A stretch of DNA of 64,000 nucleotides from Octopus sinensis (Eukaryota), in assembly GCF_006345805.1 (NCBI RefSeq), contig NC_043004.1:86056001-86120000 (forward strand), in the 5' to 3' direction. The notes under the pieces were generated by a model. That model searched no databases. It was not told where the DNA came from and saw only the letters and a list, made by a program, of their open reading frames with translations. Position numbers and translations under genes: made by a program. Each line of letters opens with the position of its first letter. Position 1 is the stretch's first letter. This document shows, piece after piece, positions 25,757-38,890 of this stretch.

Positions 25757-25832
<76 letters not shown>

Positions 25833-25854
25833 CATCCATCTATCTATTTATATA

Positions 25855-26025
25855 TATTTGTTTCATTTATATTCCTGAGCGCCATACTAATACAATTGTT
25901 TGTTTGTATTCCACCTGCCTTCGTCTTTTGTTTATTTTCATAAAGCTTCCCGTTATATATATACATACTTAGAAATGGATGCATGGTGTTCAATTAAATA
26001 ATAATATATATATGTATATATATAT

Positions 26026-26058
<33 letters not shown>

Positions 26059-26222
26059 GGAGAGTTTACGAAAAAACAAAAGACGAAGACAGATGTATTA
26101 GTTTAACGCTCAGGAATAGAAAAAGTCTTTTACGTTTCGAGCCTACGCTCTTCTACAGAAAGGGACACAGAAAAAACAAGGAGAGAAAGAATGTGTGTAG
26201 TGGCTAACGATCTATCATGGCG
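25855..26222. mobile_element. Inverted pair of family H ends (about 25855-25952 and 26059-26222) around a (TA)n tract
   Basis: TTCCTGAGCG...CTTCGTCTTTTGTTT is the reverse complement of AAACAAAAGACGAAG...CGCTCAGGAA. Confidence 0.7.
26125..26166 (-). ncRNA. Minimal type-I hammerhead-like ribozyme with variant core CUGUAGA
   Basis: GUCCCUUU-CUGUAGA-A-GAGC(GUAG)GCUC-GAAA-C-GUA-AAAGAC: perfect 4-bp helix II, ACGU palindrome at helix III, UUU/AAA helix I. Confidence 0.6.
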
Positions 26223-26263
26223 ACCTTTTTTTTATATATATATTTATATGCATATATGGGTAC

Positions 26264-26692
26264 AGGACGTCACCAACAGTAAACATCATGAAATACGAAA
26301 ACAAATGTTAAATTCGCAAACGATGAGAGAAAAAATGGAAAACAGGACAAGAAATACAAAGAATGCAAAGAATGACCCTTCATCAGTTGCCGGCTGTCTA
26401 TCTATTTCCCATTTCGCGACAACTAATGAAGGGTCCTGTTTTTGTTCCCTCCTTTGACCCTCCATAAATCCCAGATTTTATTTTGGTACTCATGGGAGCA
26501 ACTACCTTCGAAGTCCCATATTGTCATTCAGTGCTCGAAATGAGGAGTAGATAGACAGCCGACAACTGATGAAGGGTCATTCTTCGTATTCTTTTTTAAT
26601 ACTTGTCCTTTTTCCATTTCTTTCTCTCGTTGTTTGCGTATTTAACCCATTTGGTTTTCGTGTTTCACGTCGTTTACTGTTGGTGACGTCCT
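26264..26692. repeat. Imperfect inverted repeat with about 155-bp arms (26264-26416 and 26536-26692)
   Basis: AGGACGTCACCAACAGTAAAC / GTTTACTGTTGGTGACGTCCT and GAATGACCCTTCATCAGTTG / CAACTGATGAAGGGTCATTC. Confidence 0.88.
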
Positions 26693-26807
26693 AGTTCCAG
26701 GTTCAGTTGCATTGCGTGGCACATTGGGCAAGTGTCTTCTATTATAAACTTGGGTCGACCAAAGCCTAGTGTGGGATTTGGTAAATGGAAACTGAAAGGA
26801 GCCCATC

Positions 26808-26874
<67 letters not shown>

Positions 26875-27074
26875 TGAGTGTATGTGTGTGTGTGTTTGTC
26901 CTTCCCACCATCGCTTGATAACCGGTGCTGGTGTGTTTACCTCCCTGTAACTTGGCAGTTCGGCTAAGAGACCGATAGAATAAGTACTAGACTTGCAAAG
27001 AATAAGTCCTGGGGTCGATTTGTTCGGCTAAAGGCGATGTTCCAGCATGGCCGCAGTCAAGATGACTGAAACAA
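26693..27074 (+). mobile_element. SINE A lacking the A box
   Basis: Body and tail match the other A copies. Confidence 0.85.
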
Positions 27075-27415
27075 TATATATATGTATATATATATGAGGG
27101 TATTGGTATTCAGAAGACCCAAGGGGGCAGGTAACACTATGTAAGTGCTATGGAAGGGCAGTAGTTAAACTAGTAGTTCGATAATGATACGAATGAGGTG
27201 TCTAATGCGGGTTTTGTATGGGCATGCATGTATATGATAAATGAAATGGGACAACAAAGGCGCAGGCTGGGTGGAATTTTCAGGATAATTATAAAGAGAA
27301 AGGCGAACTGTAAGACTCACTTTCTCTTTATAAATGTCCTGAAAATTTCACATATATATATATATACACACACATACATAAGTAGTTAATATATACATGA
27401 TATATAATTGTGTGA

Positions 27416-27665
27416 GTGGAGGCGCGTGGCTTAGTGGTTAGGGTGTCAGTATCATGATCGTAAGATTGTGCTTTCGAATCCTGGAGCGGGCGACGTGATG
27501 TATTCTTGAGCAAAACACTTCATTTCACGTTACTCCAGTCCACTCAGCTGGTAAAAATGAGTAACGCTGCAATGGACTGGCGTCCCGTCCAGCTGGGGAA
27601 CACATATACCATAGAAACCGGGAAACCGGGCCCATGAGCCTGGCTAGGCTTTAAAAGGGCGTGTT
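27416..27665 (+). mobile_element. CORE-type SINE (head D, tail T3)
   Basis: GGAGGCGCGTGGCTTAGTGGTTAG, CORE-like segment, then ATGGACTGGCGTCCCGTCCAG. Confidence 0.85.
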
Positions 27666-30471
27666 TATTATTTTTATATGCAATTGTGTGTATGTTTTTA
27701 TGTGTCTGTTCACACAAATATACAAAATACAACGAGGCAACGTAACGCATTAAAATACTAAAACTAAGATGAGCGTGTCCATATGTGTGTGTGTATGTGT
27801 ACATAAATACAAATGCATAGTTATATAATACACATATAAATATGTGTGTATGTGTGTATATGTGAATAGTAACAATGAGCGAAGTGAAATACCTGAAAGT
27901 TGCCAATGTCAGGATTTTGGACATTAGAAAGGTAAATAATCGAGCAAAATGCATTCCTAACTTTATGATTTCCTCTTGGCTGCGAGAGGAAATAAACAAA
28001 CAGCTAGCGGTGATTGCTACCGGCTGCAATGACGACAGGAGAATATCTCAGGGAATCAATAATTCTCTTGATTCAATATGCTATTAAGGAAAATTTGCTC
28101 TGAATGTAATCTTAATTATAAAGACCTATGATCAAAGGCAATCCTGCCATGACCATCCGCTCTTTTCCTATAGGTAGCGAGACCAGGACAAAAATATTAA
28201 TAGTTACCTATTTTTTAAATGCGTGTGATTTGAGGATAACTTAGGTGCTATTTCTAGCGTGTGAAGTGACTATGAGAGATCCTCAAAGTTCAACCTATTA
28301 CGCATTATTTTTACTAGTTAGAAATTGCTGACAATTTTCATCAATTCAGAATACATTTTAAAACAATAGTTCAAAACTTCACAATGTAAAACGTGATGGC
28401 CACCTTAGGCACGTCTTTAGTCATGCCTGCTCAAGTACAGAGCTCACCTGGGGATAAATAGCTCCAGCAACTGTAAATCTTAGAATAAACATACATTTTC
28501 ATGACTATTACAACTGCAGAGTATTAACATAAATTTCTTTTAACCCATTCTTTGATGTTTGTTCATTTGTCTCCTGAAAGTAGTACAGACTTAGTGAATT
28601 GCAATGAATAAAATCAGAAATCGAAATCTGGTCCCATATTCGATTAGCTATATTGATTCTCGCTCCCTCTCTCTCTCTTTCTCTCTCTCTGTTTCTCTTT
28701 CTCATTCTGCCTCTGTTATTCACATTAAATTAAAGGGCGATTAAAATAAAATAAATATTGTGATTTCCTTTCGTTGCAGCTAATGGATTATAGTGAGTCG
28801 AGTCGGATGAGAGGAAACTGTGTGAGGAGAGATGGAAAACATACAGTCTGAAATAAGGAATGTTTAATTAGAGACGAATAATTTGGTGATTTTGTGCTTG
28901 AATGAGGATATAAAAACCTCCTGTGATGAAATCAGCAATTATATTTAAATAATCAATTCTGAGCCATTGGGAAACGGTGTGGGGATGGTGGCTGCGATGA
29001 TGGAGGCTTTAAACAAGGCTAGCTTTAGTGAAATTAAATTCCATGGGAATCACATTATAGAGTAATCTGTCCTGTTACTGTATCGAAGCCATTACATTAA
29101 CGGTAGCCATGATGGACTGAGAAAGTATAGGATAAACAGAAAGTAACAATCGAAGTGAAAATCAAAATTAAATGGATGATACAATAGAATTATATTTTAT
29201 TCTTAGGAGCGTCCACAAGGCTGGCAACTGTGTTTAATATGTTCAACCTTTAACGTAAATAGTCATACAATAATAAAACAGCTCCAGACGATATATCTTA
29301 TTATTCTACAAGATTGTACGCCTGGACACAGGAATGGTCGCCCGTTTAAACTTTTGCCTGCCCTGTGAATTACATGCAATCTTGGCCGTTTTAAGGCATG
29401 GACACACTAGGCAGTCGCTCACGGACCTAAATGGTCAAGGGGCTCAGTTCTCGTCTATAGTTGTGGTGGCTTGCTACCAATAAATAAATACTATAAAGCC
29501 TTGTGAATTGATTTGCCTGGGGGACTATAAACCTATTTTCCTTGGGTCCACGCATTATACATGATACACATTTCCAGTTCTTTCCAACTACCACCTGGGG
29601 ACTTATGAAAGGAAAACTTCATATTACTCAAAATGTATGAAACATGGCCTAACTAAAAGTCTGAAAACAAACATAGATGTTTAACACAAGTTTATGAAAA
29701 TGCTTTGGTAAAGCAAAGGGCTAAATATCATATAGTCTTTTCTGCGAAGTGGGAGAAAAACTTTGTAAGTACATGGTCACGACTTTAGAATAACGAGAAT
29801 GTATGATTTTCTAATCAGCTCAGAATCTTCCAAAACAACTAGCCTTTGCTATAAAACAACTTGATTAATTTCTAATTAATGGTGAGCCTTAAATCCTACG
29901 AGGAAGTTTAACAGTTTCCTTTGTTTGTTGCAGAAAGATTAAAATTATTTTGACTTTCCCTTTAAAAGTTTTCCCTACGTACAAGCGTAGATATAAGCAT
30001 AGGCATGAAGGTTTGGTTAAGAATCTGGTTTTGCAACCACGTGATTTCACGTTCATTCCCACAGTGTGGTCGCCTGGACTGTGTCTATTCTGGGGCGCTG
30101 CATTGGAAGGTTTAGTTGATCAAATCGAACTCCAACACCTAGTTTAAAATCTGGTACTTGTTCTACGGTTCTCTTTGGCCAAACTGCTAGGCTACAACCG
30201 CGTAAAAGACCAACATAGGTTATCAAGTGGTGTTGGGAACAAACACAAATATACATCGCTTCGACAGTCACACAATGAGAAACGAAAATGAACTTTTTTT
30301 CGAACAACGAAAAAAGCCCCAGAGAAACGAGACATGCAACATAAAGAATATTCCCCTTCATCATTTGTCCCTGTTTCATCTACTCCGCTTTTCGTAGGCA
30401 ACGCGACATATATATATCCTTGAATCCTTAAAAATGTTTTAGCCCGAAGGCCGCGGCCATGCTGGGGCACC

Positions 30472-30771
30472 ATATTAAATTAGAGATAAAACCACTATTA
30501 GGCAAATCAAACAGTGAAAATCATAAACCAATACATAGAAAAAAAATTAATTAATAAAAAATATAAAATATAAAATTCAAAATTTAAATTATTCAAATTT
30601 AAAGTTAAAATTTAAAAATTACTTAAATTAATAATTTATACTTAAAATTTATATATATATATTATTATTATTATTATTATTATTTTATATTTATTTATTT
30701 TTTATAAATATATATAACTATCAAAAAGTATTAAAAGTTTAATATAAGAGGTTTTATCTCTAATTTAATAT
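30472..30771. repeat. 22-bp perfect inverted repeat bounding an extremely AT-rich segment
   Basis: ATATTAAATTAGAGATAAAACC at 30472-30493 and its reverse complement at 30750-30771. Confidence 0.8.
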
Positions 30772-31105
30772 ATATATTTATACTATAAAATTAGATTGGA
30801 TTTAGTTTGGATTTACTCCCTAATATTATTATATATATATATATATACATATATATGAAGACAGTTGCCTCAGGTGCCACGCTGTGGGAATGAGCCGGAA
30901 ACCAAGTGGTTATAAACATCCGTACATACGCCAATATCTACACTTCTACATATAGAAAAATTTTAAGAGACAATTAATAATAATTTGAAACTCTCTTATT
31001 TGAATCCCTCTATGCGCGCGTATATGCATTTTATTTTCGTCTCCGCAACTTAGCTGTTCGGCCAAAAGTCATGCTTAGAGTACCAGGTTCAAAATTTACA
31101 ACATA

Positions 31106-31275
31106 TAGGCGCAGGCGTGGCTGTGTGGTAAGAAGTTTACTTCCGGACAACATGGTTGCGGATTCAGTTCGACAGCGTGGCACCTTTGGCTAGTGTCTTC
31201 TTTTAAAGCCTCGAGCTGACCAAAGCCTTGTGAGTGGATTTGACAACGAAAATTGAAAGAAGCCCGTCGTATATA
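31106..31275 (+). mobile_element. SINE A, 5' half
   Basis: GGCGCAGGCGTGGCTGTGTGGTAAG...GAAGCCCGTCG. Confidence 0.85.
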
Positions 31276-31508
31276 TATAAAATATTACTATATACAGCAG
31301 GTTGCAAAATTTCACCAAAAGGGAGAATTATAAATGTCACTAAATATGATTAGGATATATTTTCATTCATGTGCGTTAACTACAGCATTACAGCATTTTA
31401 GCTCTTATTTCTAGCAATTTAGGTTTTCCCTAACAATTTAATCACATTTAGTGACAATTACACGCGCGCGCGCACACGCACACACACATACACACACACA
31501 CTCATTTA

Positions 31509-31874
31509 CACGGTGGCAATAAAGTCACTGTACATTTCCTTACAATAACAATTAAATAAAGACAAAGCAATTAATCAACAGTTCAGATATTTATTATTAA
31601 AATGGTTCTGGTTAATTCTGGTTAATAACAATAAAATGCTACGGCAAACAATAGTAAATGAATTAGCGATACTGTTCGAACGGCAAGCCATTGCTTCAAT
31701 GCATTCCTTACAACGTGAGAGAACCTTTCAACTAATGTCACAATACAAATGGTTCTGATGGGGTTGAGACTGCAAATGAAGCTTGAATAAATTGCTTGAG
31801 GTCATCGATATTTCTTGGTTTCTTTGCAAAAACGGAATCTATGATAATTCCCCAGTGACTTTCTTGCTACCCTG
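31509..31874 (-). mobile_element. Internally deleted Tc1/mariner transposon
   Basis: 22-bp TIRs CACGGTGGCAATAAAGTCACTG / CAGGGTAGCAAGAAAGTCACTG (3 mismatches), TA on both sides; internal DSVFAKKPRNIDDLKQFIQ...RCKECIE matches transposase C-termini. Confidence 0.85.
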
Positions 31875-33734
31875 TATATATACTCATATATATGTGTGTA
31901 TGAGTGTGTGTATCTTCTCTCTGTGTTTCTCCCCCCATCACCACTTGACAATCGGTGGTGTTGGGGTGTTTATGTCACCGTAACTTAGCGGTTCGGTAAA
32001 TCAAACCGATAGAATAAGTACTAGGCTTTAAAAATATAGTTCTGGGGTCGATTTGTTCGACTAAAATTCCTTCGAGGTGGTGCTCCAGCATGGCCGTGGT
32101 CAAATGACAGAAAACAATAAAAGCGTAAACGCATAAGCTCCGGCGTAGATTGGTTTGATTAAAGCCCCCCAAGACGGAGCCCCAGCTTGGTCGCAATCCA
32201 ATAACAGAAAACATGTAAATAAAATAAAAAGCAAATATATATCTTGAGGCAACTTCCCCGCTAGGGATTTGAACTCTTACTGCTACTGTTTACAAACTTC
32301 CCCAAGTTTCAAACCACCTTTATTTGGCATCTACAAACCACATTATCTCTTCAATACTCCATAATACGTTCATGTCTCAGTGGTGTAATGAAAAAAACAA
32401 TATCCACCCCAAGTTTCTGTCGATAATTGTTACTTAAGAAAACATTAGACGTACAATAATAATCACTTTTAGATGACTTTGCGCTCTCTGTATTTGTTTT
32501 CTGCTATGTTTGTATTATAGCGAGGCGTAAGAGAAACAGCTTGCAGAGCGGGGTTGCATGGCTGACGGCGTGGTTTGGGATGCGAGATAGATTGTCAACT
32601 GAAGCATAACAACAAGTTATATTGGAGTGTATGTGTCTGTATGTATATGTACGTATATATGTATATGTGTCTGTATGTATATGTATGTATATATGTATAT
32701 GTGAGTGTCTTGTGTGTTTGTATGTGGGCACGTATGTATGTGTATGCTGTATGCTTGTGTAGTGTGTGCATGTGTGAGTATGTATTTCTGTGTGTTTTGT
32801 ATGTGAATGTTTTCGGGTGTGTCTCTGTGTGTGTGTGTGTGTCTATGTATGAGCGCCTGTGTATATATATGTGTGTGTTTATCAATGTGCGTGTATGTGT
32901 GTATTTATGTGTGTGTGTGTGTATTTGTGTGTGAATATAATATATTTGTATGTCTGTGTGTATTTATATATTTCTCTGTGTAAGTAAGTGTTTGTAGTTG
33001 TGTGTGAATGCTTTCGAGTGCGTGTATCTGGATGTGTGCGTGTGTGTGTGCGTGTGTGTGTATGTGTATATGTGTGTGTGTTTGGGTGGAGCAGAAAACG
33101 ATATTTGTTTCTAAGTAATATTTTATATATATATATTTATTTTTTTTTTTCAGTCTATATTTTTGTTCATAGTATTTCTGGCTAATTTTGGTCAGACTGG
33201 CATGGTGCCATTCAACATTCCTACTGACACAACTTCATTCCTGACAAACTCACGTTAACCCAAACATTGATTCGATGGCCGAGTAAACTTTATCAACTAA
33301 GCTGCCCAAACAACAAAAAAAATATAATAATAATAATAAAATAAATAAAAAATAAAATAAAACAAAAAAATAAAAAAATACATTCACCAATAACACTACC
33401 ATCTCCGCATCATTAACAGTAAGGATCTGCAGAATAATAAAGGCAGCGACATTTACACAGAAAACTTCAACCGCTGCTGCTGCATCAATAATGGCAGCTG
33501 TATCAACAGAAGTAACGTTAAGCAGAGGATATACGATAAAGACGATATAGTTTTTTCATTAAAAGTGTGTGAAGTACAGAAATGCAAGATTACGTATAAA
33601 ACGAACTGTAGCTTTGTCAAATATAAACCGCACAGTAATCCTTGGTGATATATTTTCGTTGCTCAGTAACGAGTCATCATTGACAGAATCAAAGATATTC
33701 CAATTAAAACCAGCAAGTATTTGTTGTGTATCTA

Positions 33735-34310
33735 CGCAGCACTATTAGCCCCTGAGATTACCAGTGCTCTGGGCTCTATAGTATTATTGAAGGCCATCCA
33801 CAACGTATATAAAACTGTATTGGGACCCTTAGACTCGTGAGGGACCCTGGCAAAACAGTGCACTGAGCTCTATCGTAATTATTGAGAGTGAGTCACAACA
33901 TTCATAGATCAGAATTGAAACCCTAGAATCGTGAGACTCCCGAAGAAACCAATATATTGGACCGTAGGCAATGTGTTGGTCCTGTGTAGGCAATGTATTT
34001 ATGCATTGACATCAACACAACATGCTCAGATCATTAGACGCCACGCAAATCCAGGTCCTTAGACGCCACGCAAATCTGTATACTGGGTCCTGTAGTATTT
34101 ATTTATTTATTAACAACAAGCTACAACATGCATAAATCTGAATTGAGCTCTTAGACTTATAGTTTTAATTATTGACTGTGAGCCACAACATTCATAATTG
34201 GGCCTCTAGAACCGTGAATCATTGAGCTGGGCCTTACAGTATTCATTTGACTGCAAGTCACAGAATACTCAGATCAGAATTGAGCCCCTTGATTCGGGAA
34301 CCTCGTCATC
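33735..34310. repeat. Degenerate tandem repeat, roughly 90-100 bp unit
   Basis: Recurring GGGCTCTATAGTATTATTGA...CACAACATTCATAGATCAGAATTG...CCCTTAGA(C/A)TCGTGA pattern, about 5-6 times. Confidence 0.6.
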
Positions 34311-35029
34311 AAGCAACTGCCCAACGTATCCATGTGTTAACACAGCTCTGCCTCAATGAGTACATTGTCTAATGTATCCTTCCCTTTTTGAAGGAATACA
34401 GTGAAATTTATAGCAGATTTAGACCATATTTTTTCAACTCAAGTGACGATGTAAACATGTTCCTATGGAATCATATTCTACAGAAAGCTAATAGAAAAAA
34501 AAGCGAACCCTATACAAGCCTGATTTTTATTTATTTTATTGATTCCAAAAGGATAAAAGGCAAAGATGACTTCGGTGGAATTTGAACTCAGAGTGTAGAG
34601 AGTCGTAATGATTAAAGTAAACCAGTGTAGTGACGCTCTAACTTCTCTGCCAATCGGCCACCTATCCCGCTTCTATCGACGATGAAACGAAATTACACAC
34701 ACATAGCTTACATGTCACAACGAGGTTCTAGGGTAAGCTAATGTAAAAGATTACCCTGTATTGTAAATTGTATAAAATTTTCTGAACGCTGCATAATTAA
34801 CTACTGAAATCACATTGCCACTGCATGCGAATTACATTCTGACAGCGTTTGTAAATACAATGAATATTTATGTTACTAACCTCTGCCAAGACACAGGATG
34901 CTCCCCGACGGATAAACCTCAGGAATACATTATCTGCATCTATTTCAGTCTCTATCTGCCTATCTGTCTCTGTCTGTCTGTCCGTCTCTCTCTCTCTCTA
35001 TCTCTCTTTATCTAGCTATCTGTCTGTCA

Positions 35030-35087
<58 letters not shown>

Positions 35088-35271
35088 TTATCTACATATC
35101 TATTTATCTATGTATTTGTTTGTCTGTCTGTCTGTCTATCAGTCCTAACATACATGCATGTCCATATTCAAGACGATGATGCATAAAACGTCTATATATA
35201 TATATTATATATATATATATAATGTGTGTGTGTGTGGTGTGTGTGTGTGTGTGTATGTATATATATATATG

Positions 35272-35333
<62 letters not shown>

Positions 35334-35452
35334 TACATACATACATACATACATTCACACGTATAGTTGGCTAAAACGGTCATTAAGAACAGCGTATATA
35401 TAGAATAAAAGGGAGAAAATCAAGCATTTCACAGATAGATCATAATTTAATT

Positions 35453-35571
35453 AATTTCAACAGCTGTTTCGTTAGGAATAAGCATAAGTAATTCTTTAAT
35501 TACGTAATTAGAATGTATAATGAAATTTAAATCAGTTTAAAACATTGCTTACCCTAAATCATCAAGAATTC
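35453..35571 (-). ncRNA. Degenerate type-I hammerhead motif with long helix II
   Basis: AAUUC-UUGAUGA-UUUAGGGUAAGCA...UGCUUAUUCCUAA-C-GAAA-CAGCUG-UU-GAAAUU; ACAGCUGU palindrome. Confidence 0.5.
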
Positions 35572-36129
35572 TATAACCTACACGAGCATGCAAACCATAT
35601 TGTAAATGTTATAGGGAAACACAAGAAGTAACATAACACAGAAGGAACAGTCGTTACAAATACTATAATTCATTGGTGCTGAAGAAAAGGAACGGCAAGA
35701 GGGTTAACGTATACACACACACACACACACATACACAATAATGCTATCCGGTGGAAGAAGTAGGATAAAATTACATTATATTTCGGCAGCTGAAGCCTTT
35801 CATGAAGTTCGAAACCTTAGAGTGACATAGCATATCCCAGCAGAAAATATATCTGTCTCAATATATTTATGACTTGCAAAGTATAGCTTTTAATTCAGTT
35901 TTCCTTCGTGTATTCCTCCGCCTACGCTTCCTTTTATGTATTTTATCATTTATCTGCCTCTCTCTCCCCGCTTCTCTCTCTCTCTCTCTCCCTGCACACT
36001 CACACACACGCGCGCACACACACAAAATTCTTATATATATCAATATCTATCAATCTCTCTATTTATCTATCTATCTACCTATTTATAGATATATATATAT
36101 GTATATATATGTATATATGTATATATATG

Positions 36130-36164
<35 letters not shown>

Positions 36165-36299
36165 GTGTGTGTGTACATATATATATATATGTATATATAT
36201 GTATATATATATACACATATATGTATATATATATGTGTGTATATATATACGTATATGTATATATATATATTGTATATATATGTATGTACATTATATATA

Positions 36300-36649
36300 C
36301 TCTTTACTCTTTTACATGTTTCTGTCATTTACTGCGACCATGCTGGAGCACCGCCTTTAGTCGAGCAAATCGACCCCAGGACTTATTCTTTGTAAGCCTA
36401 GTACTTATTCTATCGCTCTTTTTTGCCGAACCGCTAAGTTACGTTGACATAAACACACCAGCATCGCTTGTCAAGCGATGTTGGGGGTGGCGATAAACAC
36501 ACACACACGAATATATACACACACATACGTATATATATATATATATATACGTTATAGAAGACACTTGCCCACAGTGCAACGCAGTGGGACTGAACCCGGA
36601 ACCATGTGGTTGGTAAGCAAGTTACTTATCACACCGCCACTCATGCGTC

Positions 36650-36652
<3 letters not shown>
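36300..36652 (-). mobile_element. SINE A with internal deletion
   Basis: Head and tail present; AAGCCCGTCG segment missing. Confidence 0.85.
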
Positions 36653-36686
<34 letters not shown>

Positions 36687-36772
36687 TCATATAAATGCAT
36701 TCATATCTATATATATAAATATATACTCATGTGTGTCTACATAGTATTATATATATATATAAAGAGATAGCT

Positions 36773-36806
<34 letters not shown>

Positions 36807-37215
36807 TGAGGGAGAGGGTAAGAGAGAGAGCAATTAATCCATTTACGCGCCTAGTTTCTATAATAACAGTTCTTGAAAATTTCTTCTGCAAAAACTGAAC
36901 ATATTCTGAAGAATTGTTGCAGTAATTTTATTTGAATGATATTCATAAACATATGGAATATCTGATTGTCACAGACTTTGATGGCTTCCTCAGAATAATG
37001 TGTATATACATACGAACATACATACATATATACTAAATATTTATTTCATATATATATATTATGTAATATCATATAATGATACCGAACGGAAGCAGATGCA
37101 GACAAAAGTTTTCAGTTATATAATATTACGAAAAGCTAACATATAAAAAATAATAATACATTTTCTTGATGTAATTTTCAGCATCAAAACAAATTATTTC
37201 TAAATAACATTAAAA

Positions 37216-37302
<87 letters not shown>

Positions 37303-37777
37303 AAATCGAGGGGAAAAATCTCGAGGTAACTTAATAGAAAAGCGAAATAGTAAGCAGCTACCTAATATAACGGAATAGTTATCGAGAAGAAAAGAATGCT
37401 AGCGTGAGTATATTTTCAACCAACTAGGAAATATTGAAGTATACTTTAGTGCATTATATAAAAATACAGGCGATGAGGGTTGGGTTGGGGTTGGGGTTGG
37501 GGGACTGGAATGGTGAATAGAATGCAAAACAATCAAATGTAGTGCTACTCCATCCACGACACACATATATACGCACATATAAAACAATTTTGGTAAAAAG
37601 GAAAACTAAATATCATTTGTTTCAATCCAATATAGCATAATTGAAAATAAGAAATTTTTCTGTGCCTCTAACAGAAATGAAACGCTAAACACCATAAAGT
37701 GCATTAATAAATAAAGTAATAAATGGAACAAACAAACAAACAAACAAATAAATAAATAAAGAAATATATATGTATAT

Positions 37778-37843
<66 letters not shown>

Positions 37844-38389
37844 TATATATAATATATATATTTATATTTGGTTATAGCAAATGTAAGATGTATGATTTTA
37901 CTGTTAGTATTAGTGAAAGAACAGAAGAATTCTTAATGAAAAATGAGCGTACTTGTATGCAAAGATTTAAAGTACGTGCTAGCTGAAAAGCAAAAACTAT
38001 CCTCATTGTTTATAGAATAGCTTTCCAGAAAAATATATAAATGAAGGCAAAATAAAACAACATGGAAATCTCCTGATTTTCTTTGAAATGAATGTAAAGT
38101 TGGTTTATAGAAATATAAATATTTGTTTCATGGTTGGAATTTAACAAATAAATAAATAAATAGATATATATATATATATATAAATGGGGTAAAGTAAACA
38201 GAATAATTATAAATAGTCATAGAATTATGTGAATTAATATGAAAATTAAGCGACGACAGTTAACTATCAATTGACGTTATCGTGGCTATAGTAATGTTAT
38301 TTTGTAATCAGTAACACATTTGGAAGCAGTGAATTATTTTCTGCCTATAAATATACCAAACACAGAAAGAATTTCAAAGAAGGTGCACA

Positions 38390-38571
38390 GTCGTAGGAGT
38401 GGCTGTGTGGTAAGTAGCTTGCTCACCACCCACATGGTTCCGGGTTCAGTCCCACTGCGCTGCACCTTGGGAAAGTGTCTTCTTCTATAGCCTCAGGTCG
38501 ACGAAAACTTGTGAGTGGATTTGGTAGACGGAAACTGAAAGAAACCGTCGTATGTATGTATATATATATAC

Positions 38572-38622
<51 letters not shown>

Positions 38623-38835
38623 ATATATATATATGTGGTGTGTGTGTGTGTGTGTTATGTTGTGCCCGTGGCACGTAAAAGCACCCACTACACTCACGGT
38701 TAGCGTTAGGAAGGGCATCCAGCTGTAGAAAATTTGCCAGATCAGACTGGGCCTGGTGCACCCTTCTGGCTCCCCTGACTCCAGTTGACCCGTCCAACCC
38801 ATGCTAGCATGGAAAGCGGACGCTAAATGATGATG

Positions 38836-38890
<55 letters not shown>

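Noticed and set aside
26530-26585. Type II hammerhead (GAAA...CUGAUGA)
   Set aside because: Helices I and III cannot be formed convincingly
27875-28087. 70-aa non-repetitive ORF
   Set aside because: No recognisable domain or supporting splice structure
35785-35810. Hammerhead-like UUCAUGA-AAGGC...GCC-GAAAU on the minus strand
   Set aside because: Two core mismatches and only a 3-bp helix II; too degenerate to support
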